Source of the DNA: a virus
Taxonomy: Duplodnaviria; Caudoviricetes
Virus record (IMG/VR): IMGVR_UViG_3300003962_000026
Coordinates: 1 to 64,000 of that record
Reading direction: 5' to 3' (one strand)
Length of the DNA: 64,000 nt
Shown: positions 20,188-32,100 of the stretch, in pieces
How the letters are laid out: each line of letters begins with the position of its first letter
Numbering within the stretch: position 1 is the stretch's first letter
The notes under the pieces: model-generated
Told to the model about the DNA's origin: nothing
The model's input: the letters and a program-made list of their open reading frames with translations, nothing else
The model's database searches: none
Translations under genes and position numbers: made by a program

Positions 20188-23100
20188 TGGCTGATAATAA
20201 TAAATTTGACTTTACCGATGCTCCTGCAAAAGCTACTACAAGTACATTTGATTTTTCAGATGCACCTATAGTATTAGAAAAAATTCAACCAGAAGTTCCA
20301 GCAGGGCCGTATAAACCTATAAAAAGTATAGATAACTCTTTTAAAGTGGATGTATTTGGAACTAAGCTTATTTTACCAAGAACACCCTCTGCCAAGGCTG
20401 AATCTGAACCAATAGTAACACAAGATAAAAATAAGTCCCTATTTAATGCTAATCTAAAAGAATTAGGAATAGATGAATCAATTTTAAATGATGATTCTAA
20501 TAGGGGAATCTTCTATCAAAATAGAATTACAGAGAAGTTTAATAATGATTTAGCAATTTTAAAACAATCTACTCCTGATGAAATAGCTGATTTTATTCAA
20601 GTTAAAAAACAAAATCTATCAAATGCTCAAAAAAGAGAAAAAGAAATTGTTGATTCTACTCCTCCTACACAAGATTTCTTTGGAAAAGCTCCTCATAAAA
20701 TAGCAGGAGACCAAATAAACCAAATAAATAAGGAATATGAAACTATATATAATGGACTGACCGAACTAGGTAAAGAAGCAGCTTTTGAAGCTAGTCCTTA
20801 TATGTATAAAGATATTGATACTTGGATAACTAAATCTACTCAAGAAATAATATCAAATGCTTCTCAAGTAGGTAATGACATACAAAATATAGGTGATAAT
20901 TATCAACGAAACTTATATAAAGTTAAAGCAGATGCAAATATTAATGGTGCCAAATATGATAAACTTTATAAGGAACAATTAGCTTACACAGGATTACAAT
21001 CAGAAATATATGCAGCATCAAAAGATATAACTTTAATACAGGAGCAATTAAATAATTCCATACAAGAAATTGATTCTCTTCAAAATGAATTAATAAAAGA
21101 CCCTGGGAATAAAGCTATAATTATTCAAATGCAGGATATTTTAGATAAAGAAGTTAAACCTCTACAAGCAGATATAGATAAAAGACAGCTTTTTGTTAAA
21201 AAACTATCAGAAGCTACTTTTGAACTACCAGAATTTGCAGAAAGATTGTCTTATCAAGATAAAATTGATGAAGATTATGAAAAATATGTAAAATCTCCAG
21301 TATTTAGTACTGAATTTTTAGGAGGAGGTTCTATTTATGCCATTAAAGGATTATCTAATAGATTATTAAATTCTGTAGTAGGAGCATCTTTAGTGGCTGA
21401 AGATTTACAAAAGAAATTAGGTCTTCAATCACTATCTCAAGAAGAGATGGCTATAGGCATGGCAAATCTTTCTTCTATAGGAGACCCTATGAAGTTACCT
21501 ACTAAATTTAAAGAAGGAACTATAGTTAAATTTGATAAAGAGGGAAACTTTGAAGGTATAAATTGGGACATTGCCTTTCCAATGACATTACAAACAACAG
21601 GTGAAACTCTTATAATGAGTGCTATAGGTGCTCCCTATGCAGCTACAGGTACTACTATTGGAGAATTTGCAGGATTATATTTAGGAGCAAGTGCTGTATT
21701 TGGAGGAGATATTCTAAAACAAGAGCTAGAGAAAGGTCTTTCTATAAATGAAGCTATGGCTGTAACAGGTCTAAGATTAGGGGCCGAAGCAGGTACAGAG
21801 ATGTTTAACTTAATAGAATTTATACCATTCAATGGTATAACTAAGACTGGTTCCAAACTAACTAAATCAGCTTATAGAGACTTTATTGGTAAAAACTATC
21901 AAAAGTTATTTCCTAAATTAAAGTCTATGGGAGTAGATATTTTAAAAGTTTTATATCAAGGAGGTAAGAATGTCGGATATGAAACTATAGAGGAATTAAT
22001 GTCCGATTTAGCTAATTATGGTATTGACCAAGCTATTATAAACAACATTAAATCAGATTATAAAAGTGATAATACCCTTTCCTTACAAAATGAAATAAAC
22101 ACTGCCCTCACCACAGCCCTTACAATGCTGCCGATGGCAGGGTATGCAGGTATTGCAGAAGTAAAAAATGACAAACAAGCTGCTACTATAAGATATACTG
22201 CATCTCAAATGCCTAAATTATTCCTAACTAATCTAAAAGATAATTTAGATAAGGGTCTTATCACAGAAGATTTTTATAATACTGGTAAAAAAGAAGTAGA
22301 AACAATAGATAATATTTATACTACCAATAAAGATAGAATAGAATCTGTAGATAAAAACTTAAAATCTTCATACTTAAATGCCCTATATGAACAAAGAGAT
22401 TTAACAGAAAAAGCTTCTTTAGAAACAGATGTAAAAAAGAAAGAAGCACTTTTATCTCAATTAGAAAATAAAACTAAAGAGGTATTGAGATATACTCTTG
22501 AAGCCAATAAAAACCTAAATTTAACACCTATAGAAAAACAGCAAAAAGCTGAAAAAATAGTTAAGCAAAATCTTAAAGATTTTGTTTCAGAGGAAGAACT
22601 AAAGCAAGCTTCTATTTCTGATTTACAAGTTGCTACTACAGTGTTAGAAGAAGTAATCAATAATCCCATATCTCCTAAAATAAAAGAAGAAGCTATTTCG
22701 TATCTTGAAGTTATTAACAATGAAATAATAAAAAAACAAGAATTAGCTCAAAAGCAAAAAGAAGTTTCTCAATATGAACTAGAGAAGCAAGAAATCCCAA
22801 CCCTGTCTAAAACTGATTTAGAGGCGAAACAAAGCTCTCTTTTATCAAGAGAGGACTTATCTGAGTCTGAGCAAGAAGAGCTCTATAATCTCATCTCTGA
22901 CCAAATACAGGCTATAGATGAGGAAGCTTCCAATATACCGTTCAATAATACTGTCTACAAAAAAGGACAGTGGATTAAATCCAAAGACCATGAAGGTGTA
23001 TATCAAGTAGATTCCATTACACCCGAAGGTAAGCTCCTTGTTAAATTTGCAGATGGCTCACAGGAAATTGCTATTTCTGAAGGTACTGAAATAACTCCCG

Positions 23101-26100
23101 TATCTGATGAAGAAGCTCGTCAAATACTACAACCTAAAGACTCTTTTATAGAAGAAACACCTAAAACTACGACATCCTCTACCATAGATATAGAAGCTAA
23201 AAAAGCTGATATTGAAAGAAGAAGATTAATAGAGTTAGAAGGAGTTCCCTTTAATCCTGAAAATAGAGAATTTCAAAGAGTAAATGCTAAATATAATGCA
23301 GAGTTAGCAGCTTTAGAAACTCCAGTTACACAGGAAACTCTTATCATTCCTGAAAAACCTATAGAAGAAGTAAGACAGGAAGTCACGAAACAAGCTGAAA
23401 CAGAAACTAAGTCTCAGGAAAAGAAAGCTAAAGAAGTAGCTACTTTCCAGGCTAAAAGAAGTGCAGATGGTATAGTAGGAACTATAGGTCAGACTTCCAG
23501 ACTAGTTAATGGTGTTGAGGTAAGAGATACTGACCCTGCTGTTATCAGATGGGATAATACTTTAACTAACCTGCATAATCTATCTATAGAGGAAGCTAAA
23601 CCCCTTTCTGAACTAGGTTATTACGTTAAAGTAGTCTCAGGTGAAGAATTACCCGAATCAGCTAAAAGGGCTCTAACCATACAATGGGAACAGGGTCAAT
23701 TGCCTGAACAACTTTCAGGTAAACAGAAAATCCCCACTAAACAAGATATAAAGAATACCAGGGTAGTTATAATAACCAATTCTAAAGGTGAATTTCTACA
23801 TTTTGACCAATCAGGTAATAAGACAACTCAGGATAAAGGAGAAATAGCTCATGGAGCTTTACCTCTGGTCTTTGAAAAGAATGGTAAATTAGAACTATCC
23901 AAAGATTCTATAAAGGTTAGAGAAAATCTCCCACAACAAGACATCCAAAGAGCTCTCTCAAGACTACAGAATATAAGACACAATCCTAACAGAGTTTATG
24001 AAATATCCCGTATATCTGATGGATGGAATAGTGATTTGGATAAAAGTAGAGAATTGCCATTATCTGAACAATCTATAGATTCTTATGCTATAAACATACC
24101 TCAAACTGATGTAGACACTATAAAAAAGGGTGAAGCTTATATACAGCTTAATAGTACCACTTCTAAGATAGTTCCTGTAAGAAGTAAGATTGGAGAAGAT
24201 TTAGCTACCTTAATAGCTGACTTCGTTACTAATAACCCTCAGGATTGGAATGCATTTAATGAATCAGTGGAGGTCATATTTTATAATCTTAGAGAGAAGA
24301 GGGACAAATCACCCTCTGAACTATATATAGACTATAAGAATAAACAATTCCTATCTAAAGGAAAACCAATATCCAAAGAAGAGTTTATTACCAGACTATC
24401 CAGTATTCCCATTAATATATCTAATAAACTTGCATATGGTAATGTTATAAATAACAATAGCAGGATATTAGTACCATTTAGAGAAGATAATCAAGTTAAA
24501 TTCAGATTAGAAGGTTATAAATCCTTCCTATCTAACTTCTTATCTATCACTATACCTACAGAAAGAGTTAATAGGTATTTAGAGCTAGGTTCGGAAGTAT
24601 CTGAAACTCCTCAGGTAGACCAACCGGAAATCCCTAAATCAGAACCTAAGGAAGAAGAGATAAAAGAAACTCCTGTAAAGAATATACCTAAGAAGAAAAG
24701 AGAGGTCAAACCTTTAGACCTTGAAGAAGATAGTGACCTAAATGAAGACTTCTTGGCCAGGGCTAAATACGGAGAAGTTATTAAAACTACACCAGAACAG
24801 GAAAAAGAAGCTGAAGAATGGTTTAATACTCATCCTCTTAGAAAGTATATAACTTTCAGGGATTTTAGGAATATTATTAATTCTGATGCTTTTGCCACAT
24901 ACAGAAATGCTATAGTTACTTTATGGAAAGGTGGTAAATTTACTGATACTTACGAGGAAATGTGGCATGTATTCAGCCAATTAACCCTTACTAAAAGACA
25001 GAAACTTAAGCTGTATAATGAACTTTTACCACTCCCAGAGGGTCAAAAAGCAATCTCTGATTGGGCAGCCAGAAAAAAAATAGACGTTAAATCCCTATCT
25101 CAGTTAGAGAAATACAAAGCTATTGAAGAGCTTATAGGTTCAGACTTCCTTAAATATGTTAATTCTGGACAGAAGCTCATTCTAAATCGTAGACCAGAAA
25201 GAAATACTATATTCAGACAGCTCTTCAATTACTTAAAAGAATTGGTTACAGGGAGAGTATCCCTACAAACCTACTATGAAAGACTTTATACAGGTAATAT
25301 AAATAAGTACCTCAATCAGCTTAATTCAGATAATGCTTTCTTTGGCAATCTAAATAGACGAATAGAAGGTAAAGATGGTAGAATCCTATCTATATCTGAG
25401 ACTAAAGATATGATGGGAGCCTTGGATAGGTCTATAGCTTCATTATTTGAAGCTAATCCCTCTATCAATATAAATAGACTATTCACTGAAAAAGGTGCCT
25501 TAAATAAGCTTTATAATCGTGTAAATAGAGAGCTATATAATCAGAATGCTCTTGGTACTCAAATGTATAATGATTTAGTAGATGAGTATACCAAAACAGG
25601 CGATGAAGAGACTCTAACCAGACTAAATGAATTAGGTCAAACAGTTGATAATCTGTCCTTTATAGTAGACAATTGGGAAGAAGTAAAGAACTATCATAAA
25701 ACTAATTCATATTATCTTAGGTTATCCAAAGAAATCATAGATGATTCTGATGATGTAGAAGATACACCTGAACAAATATATGATAGAGAAGATGGAATTT
25801 CTTCAAGAGAAGATGCCTCTTATAGAATACTATTTACTATAGCTTCTTTACCTAAATATATTAATAAAGAAGCAATTCCTAATCAATTTATACCTATTCA
25901 GTTTACCAAGAAGGGTAAAGAAGTAAAAGATTGGGTTAATCCTGATATAGTAGATTTTGATAGGACATGGAATCTACTATCCAAAGAGCTCCAAGGTATA
26001 AGGAATTATGACCAAATATGGGATAAATTAGGTACATTATCAGAAAGGAATCCCGAATTCCAACAACTTATATCAAAGTTACCTAATCCTACAAAGGAAT

Positions 26101-29100
26101 TAACTAGTGACGAACTAGCCCTCAAAACAAGATTTGTACAAGACCTATCTAAACCTCTAGTCCCTCAATGGAAAGTAACATTCTCTCTAACTGAAGACGG
26201 TAAGCTTATAGCCAATACCTTTAAGTCAGGAGCTACAGTAATTTCCAGAATAAGGTCTAATTTTTATTTCCTATTCCAGGAAAGACCTTCTGGTGAATTT
26301 GTAACCTTAAATCCAGAAAGTAATCAAAATGAACTTAATATTCCTAAAATCTTAGAGGAATTCAAGAAATTCAGATTATTTGGTAAATCAGCTTCAAAAA
26401 ATGAAAGATTAAGATTCTTACAAACCATAGGATTTGAATTTTCTCCTAACACAATTGCTAATTTAGATGATATTATAGACCCTAAACAGGTATCTACTAA
26501 AGATTCTATTCAATATATTTATGAAGCCTTAGAGCAATGGAATACCAATATTAAAGATATAGCACTTGCAGACCCTCTAAGACAATTATCTACTAAGTCA
26601 ATTACAGATAAAGATGGCTCTATTTTATTCTCAGGAGTAAAATCAGATATAGATAGACTTCTATCTAAAGAAGCTGAATTTAATGATGATTATTATTCAG
26701 ATAATATACAGAATGCTAACGGAGATAATGTCTACCAGATAGAAAGATGGTCTCTACAGACCGTCATGTTCTCCCTTCTCAATGACTTTACTTCATATCC
26801 TACATATCAAGACTTAATAAATTCTCCTCTTGGTTATATATTTAACATAGTTAATAACCCTGATGCTAATAATATCTATATGAATTCAATGTTTAATCTC
26901 TCTACAGGAGAGAGAAGACTTGATTCTAAGGGTAATCCTATACAAATTCAACTTATTAACGAAGATGGTCTTGAGGTACAAGGTACTGAAAATCAAGGTA
27001 CTAAGACAGTTCAACTTACACGTTCTGATAAATTCCTGCAAGACTTCAATTCCCTACTTACTTCAGGTATAAAAGAGCATGTAAGATATGGGGATAAGAA
27101 TTCAGCCAAAGGTACTCTTTTCACCAACTTTATAAATGATTCAGGTCAGAATACAGGTTTTCTACCTGTACCTATACAACACTTTAATAATTCAATTGTA
27201 CCCAATAGTGCTAAAACTATACTAAAGAATATCCTAATATCTGAATTAACAAGGTCTAAAGACAGATTGCAAGGTATTAATACCAATATAGCTAACTTGG
27301 GTAAAAATACTAAAGAACTAGGATTCTTCGATGCTATAACTAAAGGTGAATTAGAGAATAAACTCTTAAAAGAACTTGAAACTAAAACTCCTGAACAAGT
27401 AGTCATAGATAATAATCAAGCTATTAATACAGCTATAGATAAATACTTTGAAGCTCAGGTTAAACTAAATACTAAAGAACTCAACTCTATACCTCTGGAA
27501 GATGCTCAAAAGGTAGCATCTAATCTTAACATTTCTACTGAAACTGCTCTTAGAGCTTATACAGTAAATTCATGGATTCTCAATGCAGAACACATAAGAC
27601 TTCTCTTTGGAGATGTAAGGTTTTATGATGCTAAATCTGAAAAAGAGATTATTACCAAGAAGGAACCTTTCAAGAGATTCAGTAAGGGTACATCTACAGG
27701 ATTAACATTTCTAAATGATGCACAAACAAACACAGCTTTGTCTAACCTATTCCCAAGATTACTGGCTAAGAAGTTTGGTGTTTCTACTTCAGAAACAGGT
27801 ATAATTCAATCAGTTATCTTTAATGAAGATGAGAGAACATCAAATTATCTAAAAGCTTATCATGACTATTGGTTTAAAGTAGCTAAGAAGTCAGCAAAAG
27901 AAGCCGATTCCTTGGTAAAACCATTCAAGAATATGAAAATTGGAGATGGTCAAGGGTGGATAACTCTGGATGAATACCGTTCCTTAAAGCTAAGAGAGGG
28001 TTCTGACCATTGGACAAATGAACATGAGGAATTATACAGGAGAGCTGTAGAGGGTAAATTAGGAGATTATGAATCTTTATTAAGATTTAATACCCTATTC
28101 TCAGTAGTTAAAGTAAGATATACAGGATGGACTAAAGACCAGAATAATGGAAAAGCTGTTCCTGTAGACTATAAATTCTCCCTACTACCCCTACTTCCTG
28201 AGGCTATTCTTGGAACCCCATTCCAACAAATACATGAAAATCTCATAAAACAAGGTGTAGGAATAGCTTTATTTCAATCAGGCTCTAAACATTCAGCAGT
28301 TCTAAATCCTGATGGTAAGTATAATCCTTTCTACGCAGATGAATCCAAAACTGTCCCATATACTGGGCAGTATACTACTAATCCTATACATTACGAATTC
28401 TTATTTGATGTTCTTAATGTAGAGCCTGAATTCAAAGATGAAGTAAGATTCTCCACCCAGCTTAGAAAACTTCTATTCTCTAATCAGTTTGATAATGGAG
28501 TACCTGAAGATTATACTAAAAAGGATTGGGAAAAACTATCAGAATCTGAGAAAGAGAAAGCTTCCCCTATTTACAAGTCTTTCAAGAATGTACAGAGGAT
28601 TATAGAAGCTCAGGTAGACCTTGAGAAACAGAATCTTATATCTATTCTAGGAGCTAAATTTAATGCTGACACTAATACTTATATCTTAGATGAGCAGAAG
28701 TTCTCAGAACTACTTGAAGATGAACTACTTAAGAGAAATTTACCAGACAATGTAATAGAATCTATTAAAGTAGTAGATGGTAAATTTAAATATCCTCTTG
28801 ATGCCTCAGTAGTAAGACAAACCTTAGAAACTGTAGCACTGTCTATTATAGACAACAGACTTAGGAAGCAAAAATCCTTTGGAGAATCTACAGTAATGGC
28901 TTCTTCTGCTGGTATGGAGACCCAAACATTTACCAAACCAACTACCGAAGAGTTGGAAAAATATGGATTTCCAACTAATGGACAAGCTTTTTATCAGTAT
29001 TTAGGAAGAACTTTGAAGAATGGACTTAAGGTAACTTCAGCTCAAAAAGTAAAGCTATCTATAGGAATGGGTGACTTTAAGAAACTATTAAATCTTAAAT

Positions 29101-32100
29101 CAGAGGAGGGTAAAGTTTTCACAAGCTATCCAAATCCCCTGGCTGAACTAAACAAACATTTAAAAAATGATAAATGGTTAGATTCCAATAATCATAGAGA
29201 GATGATATCTATTACAGGTGTAAAAATACCTGTACAAGGTCATAATTCTATGGAATTTATGGAAATCATAGAATTCCTACCTGAAGGTACTACAGCTTTG
29301 ATAGTAGCACCTGAACTTGTAGCTAAATCTGGTGGTGACTTTGACGTGGATAAACTTTCCACTTTATTCCCATCACTTTTCATAGATGCTAATGGAGACC
29401 CTAAACTCTATACAGAACTATCTGATAGCCAGATAGATGCTAAATATCAGGAGTTAAAAAATCAAATAGATATTCTTCCAGGTGATAAAGCGTCCGAAGA
29501 AACCCAACAAGCTGTAGATAAACTAATAGGTAACATCTTTGGCTTCTCGGTGGCTTCAGAAATTAAAACCCTGCTTCTTGAGTCCATTAACAAAGATTCT
29601 CTACCATCCAAAAACTCTTTTAGAAGAATATTTAAGAAAGCTGCTCTCTCTAATTCCATGAATCAGGAAATAAGGTCTGTACTGGAACAATCTTCAAACT
29701 TTGGTAACTTAATGCAGCCAAATGATACAGATATGTTTGAACCTTATGCAGATGTTCTTCGTAAAGCTAAATTAGGTCAAACAAGGAATTACTGGTCTGA
29801 TATACTTACAACGAAGGAGAATCTTAATCAATTAGCATCTTCCTGGGGCTCAAGAGCTTCTCTTGGTATAGGTGCTGTAGCCAATACTTTCTTTGCCCAA
29901 ATGCAGGGAGTTGGTATGTACTTAGAGCCTACTTACAATAAATTCTTTGGTGATAAAGTAACCGTTAAGAAGACAATTATGAGACTTCCTCATAATACTA
30001 TTCATGGTAATATATCTATTTCTTCTAAATATGATTGGAGAAAGAATGCCGGTAAAGCAGGATACAACACCATATCTGAAGCTATATCTCAACTTATGAA
30101 TGGTTGGGTAGATGCTGCTAAGAAAGATTGGGTGTATTACATCAACGGCATCAAGGAGATAGCCCCTACTCAATTATATATGTTGATGGTAGGTATTGAT
30201 AATGAAACTATGGCTTCTTTCACCAATCAACCCATCATAGATGACTATATCACATCCCTAAAATCCATTAAATCCCTATCAGTTAAGCTTTTTAATCCTG
30301 ACCTGTATAATTCCTCTAAAAAACAAGCTTTAGTAGATACATTTAGAAAGTATTTACCTTGGAAAGATGGTAAATATACCATAAATAAGAAGGAATATCT
30401 TCTTTCTAATATAGATGAGGAGATTTACTTCCTTAGAAAAGCTGTTTCTGATATATCAGGCTCCAAAGAATTCACCCATATTTGGAATAATGATTATCTT
30501 GCACCTATAGCAAAGAGAGAGCAAAAACCTACAGGATTAGAGCAAGCTATGATTTTAACACATTTCCTGGAATTACAAGACCAGGGAAATGTAATGACTA
30601 ATTTACAACAAGCTCTAACTGCCGATAGAGCTAAACCAGCTTTTATCTATGCCTCTAACATGAGAAAAGCAAGGATTAATGATGTTAAACAACAAGGTTT
30701 ATTCCCTAATTCAAAAATTGATGCCCTTTCAGAAAATACTACTGTATCAGCTTTCAATTCACAAGAGCATGGTATTGATACTTTTATCAACCAACTATTT
30801 GGCTCTTCAGTCTTTAAATTGACCAATAATCCTAATTTTAACAAGTTTATTGAATCTAAGTGGAAAAGTGACCCGGATTTACCTTTCGCAGAGAAGTATG
30901 AAATGGAAGAGGATTGGTTCAAAACTATAAAGAATGACTTTATACAGTTTCTATATCAAAACTATGTACATAAGCCTAATTCCACAGAACTAGTAGCAGA
31001 TAAGGTTCTAAATCTAATGAAGAAAAAAAGAGGCCCGGATTCTAATCTTGCTTCTCAATTAAAGCACATTCTAGCCACTTATCCTGAAGTTGTTAAAACT
31101 ACTACTCTTCTTCAACAACTAGTGATAGATAGCTCTAAAACAGAGAATTTAACCAATATTAAGCTAAAGAAAGATAATGTAGACAGAGACCTGGCAAATC
31201 TTCTGACCTCTGATTTCCAGAAGCTCTTAAATTTCTCGGAATTATCCTCAGAAGATAATCTTATCATACAGCAATTTGCCCAAAATTTAGCTCATTTTGG
31301 CTTTATTCAGTCAGGTTTAAATAAATCACCTCTCTATTTTACTAATATTATACCTCAGGAAACCTATGCTTATAACATAGCTTCGATAATAGATGAATGG
31401 TCTAATCTACTGTCTAACTCCCCAGAAAAAGTACTTTCTGACCTGGAGAAGTTTTATAACCTGTTTAAACAGAATAATGCTTATAAATTCTATAATGTTG
31501 AATATGATATAGATGAAATGGGAGCTATATTTCCTAATATTACAGCAGTACCAGAGCCAAATAGACGTAAGTTGTACCAAACTTCTGTTCTGGACGAAGT
31601 AGGGGATAAGAAACAATTAAAAGCTGCCAGTGAAAGAGTTATCCAGGAAAAGGCAAAACAAGCATTACTAAATAAAGTGTCTACTTATGACTACAAATCT
31701 GTTAAAGCTAACGAAAATCCTAAAACACTATACATATACGAAACCAATCCTTCAGATACGGGAGTGGCAGGTAATGGAATTATCAAAGGTAATCCTTCAA
31801 ATCCTTATCCTAATACCCAGGGAATTCCAATTAAATTAAAAGCTTCCTCTAAAGAAGATGCTTACATGTCCGATGTTAATCTTGAATTCAACAAACTTAT
31901 TATAGATGGAGCAATTGATAAGATTAAACAGAAATCTACTGAATATACTTCTGTACAATTTCCACAGGAAGGATTCAACACTGAAACCTCAAAACTCAAG
32001 GAAAAAGCACCACTCACCTTCACTTATTTATCTGAAAAACTTGCACAAGAATTTAATTTTATAGATATTAGTGCCACATTTACACCAGATAATACAATTC

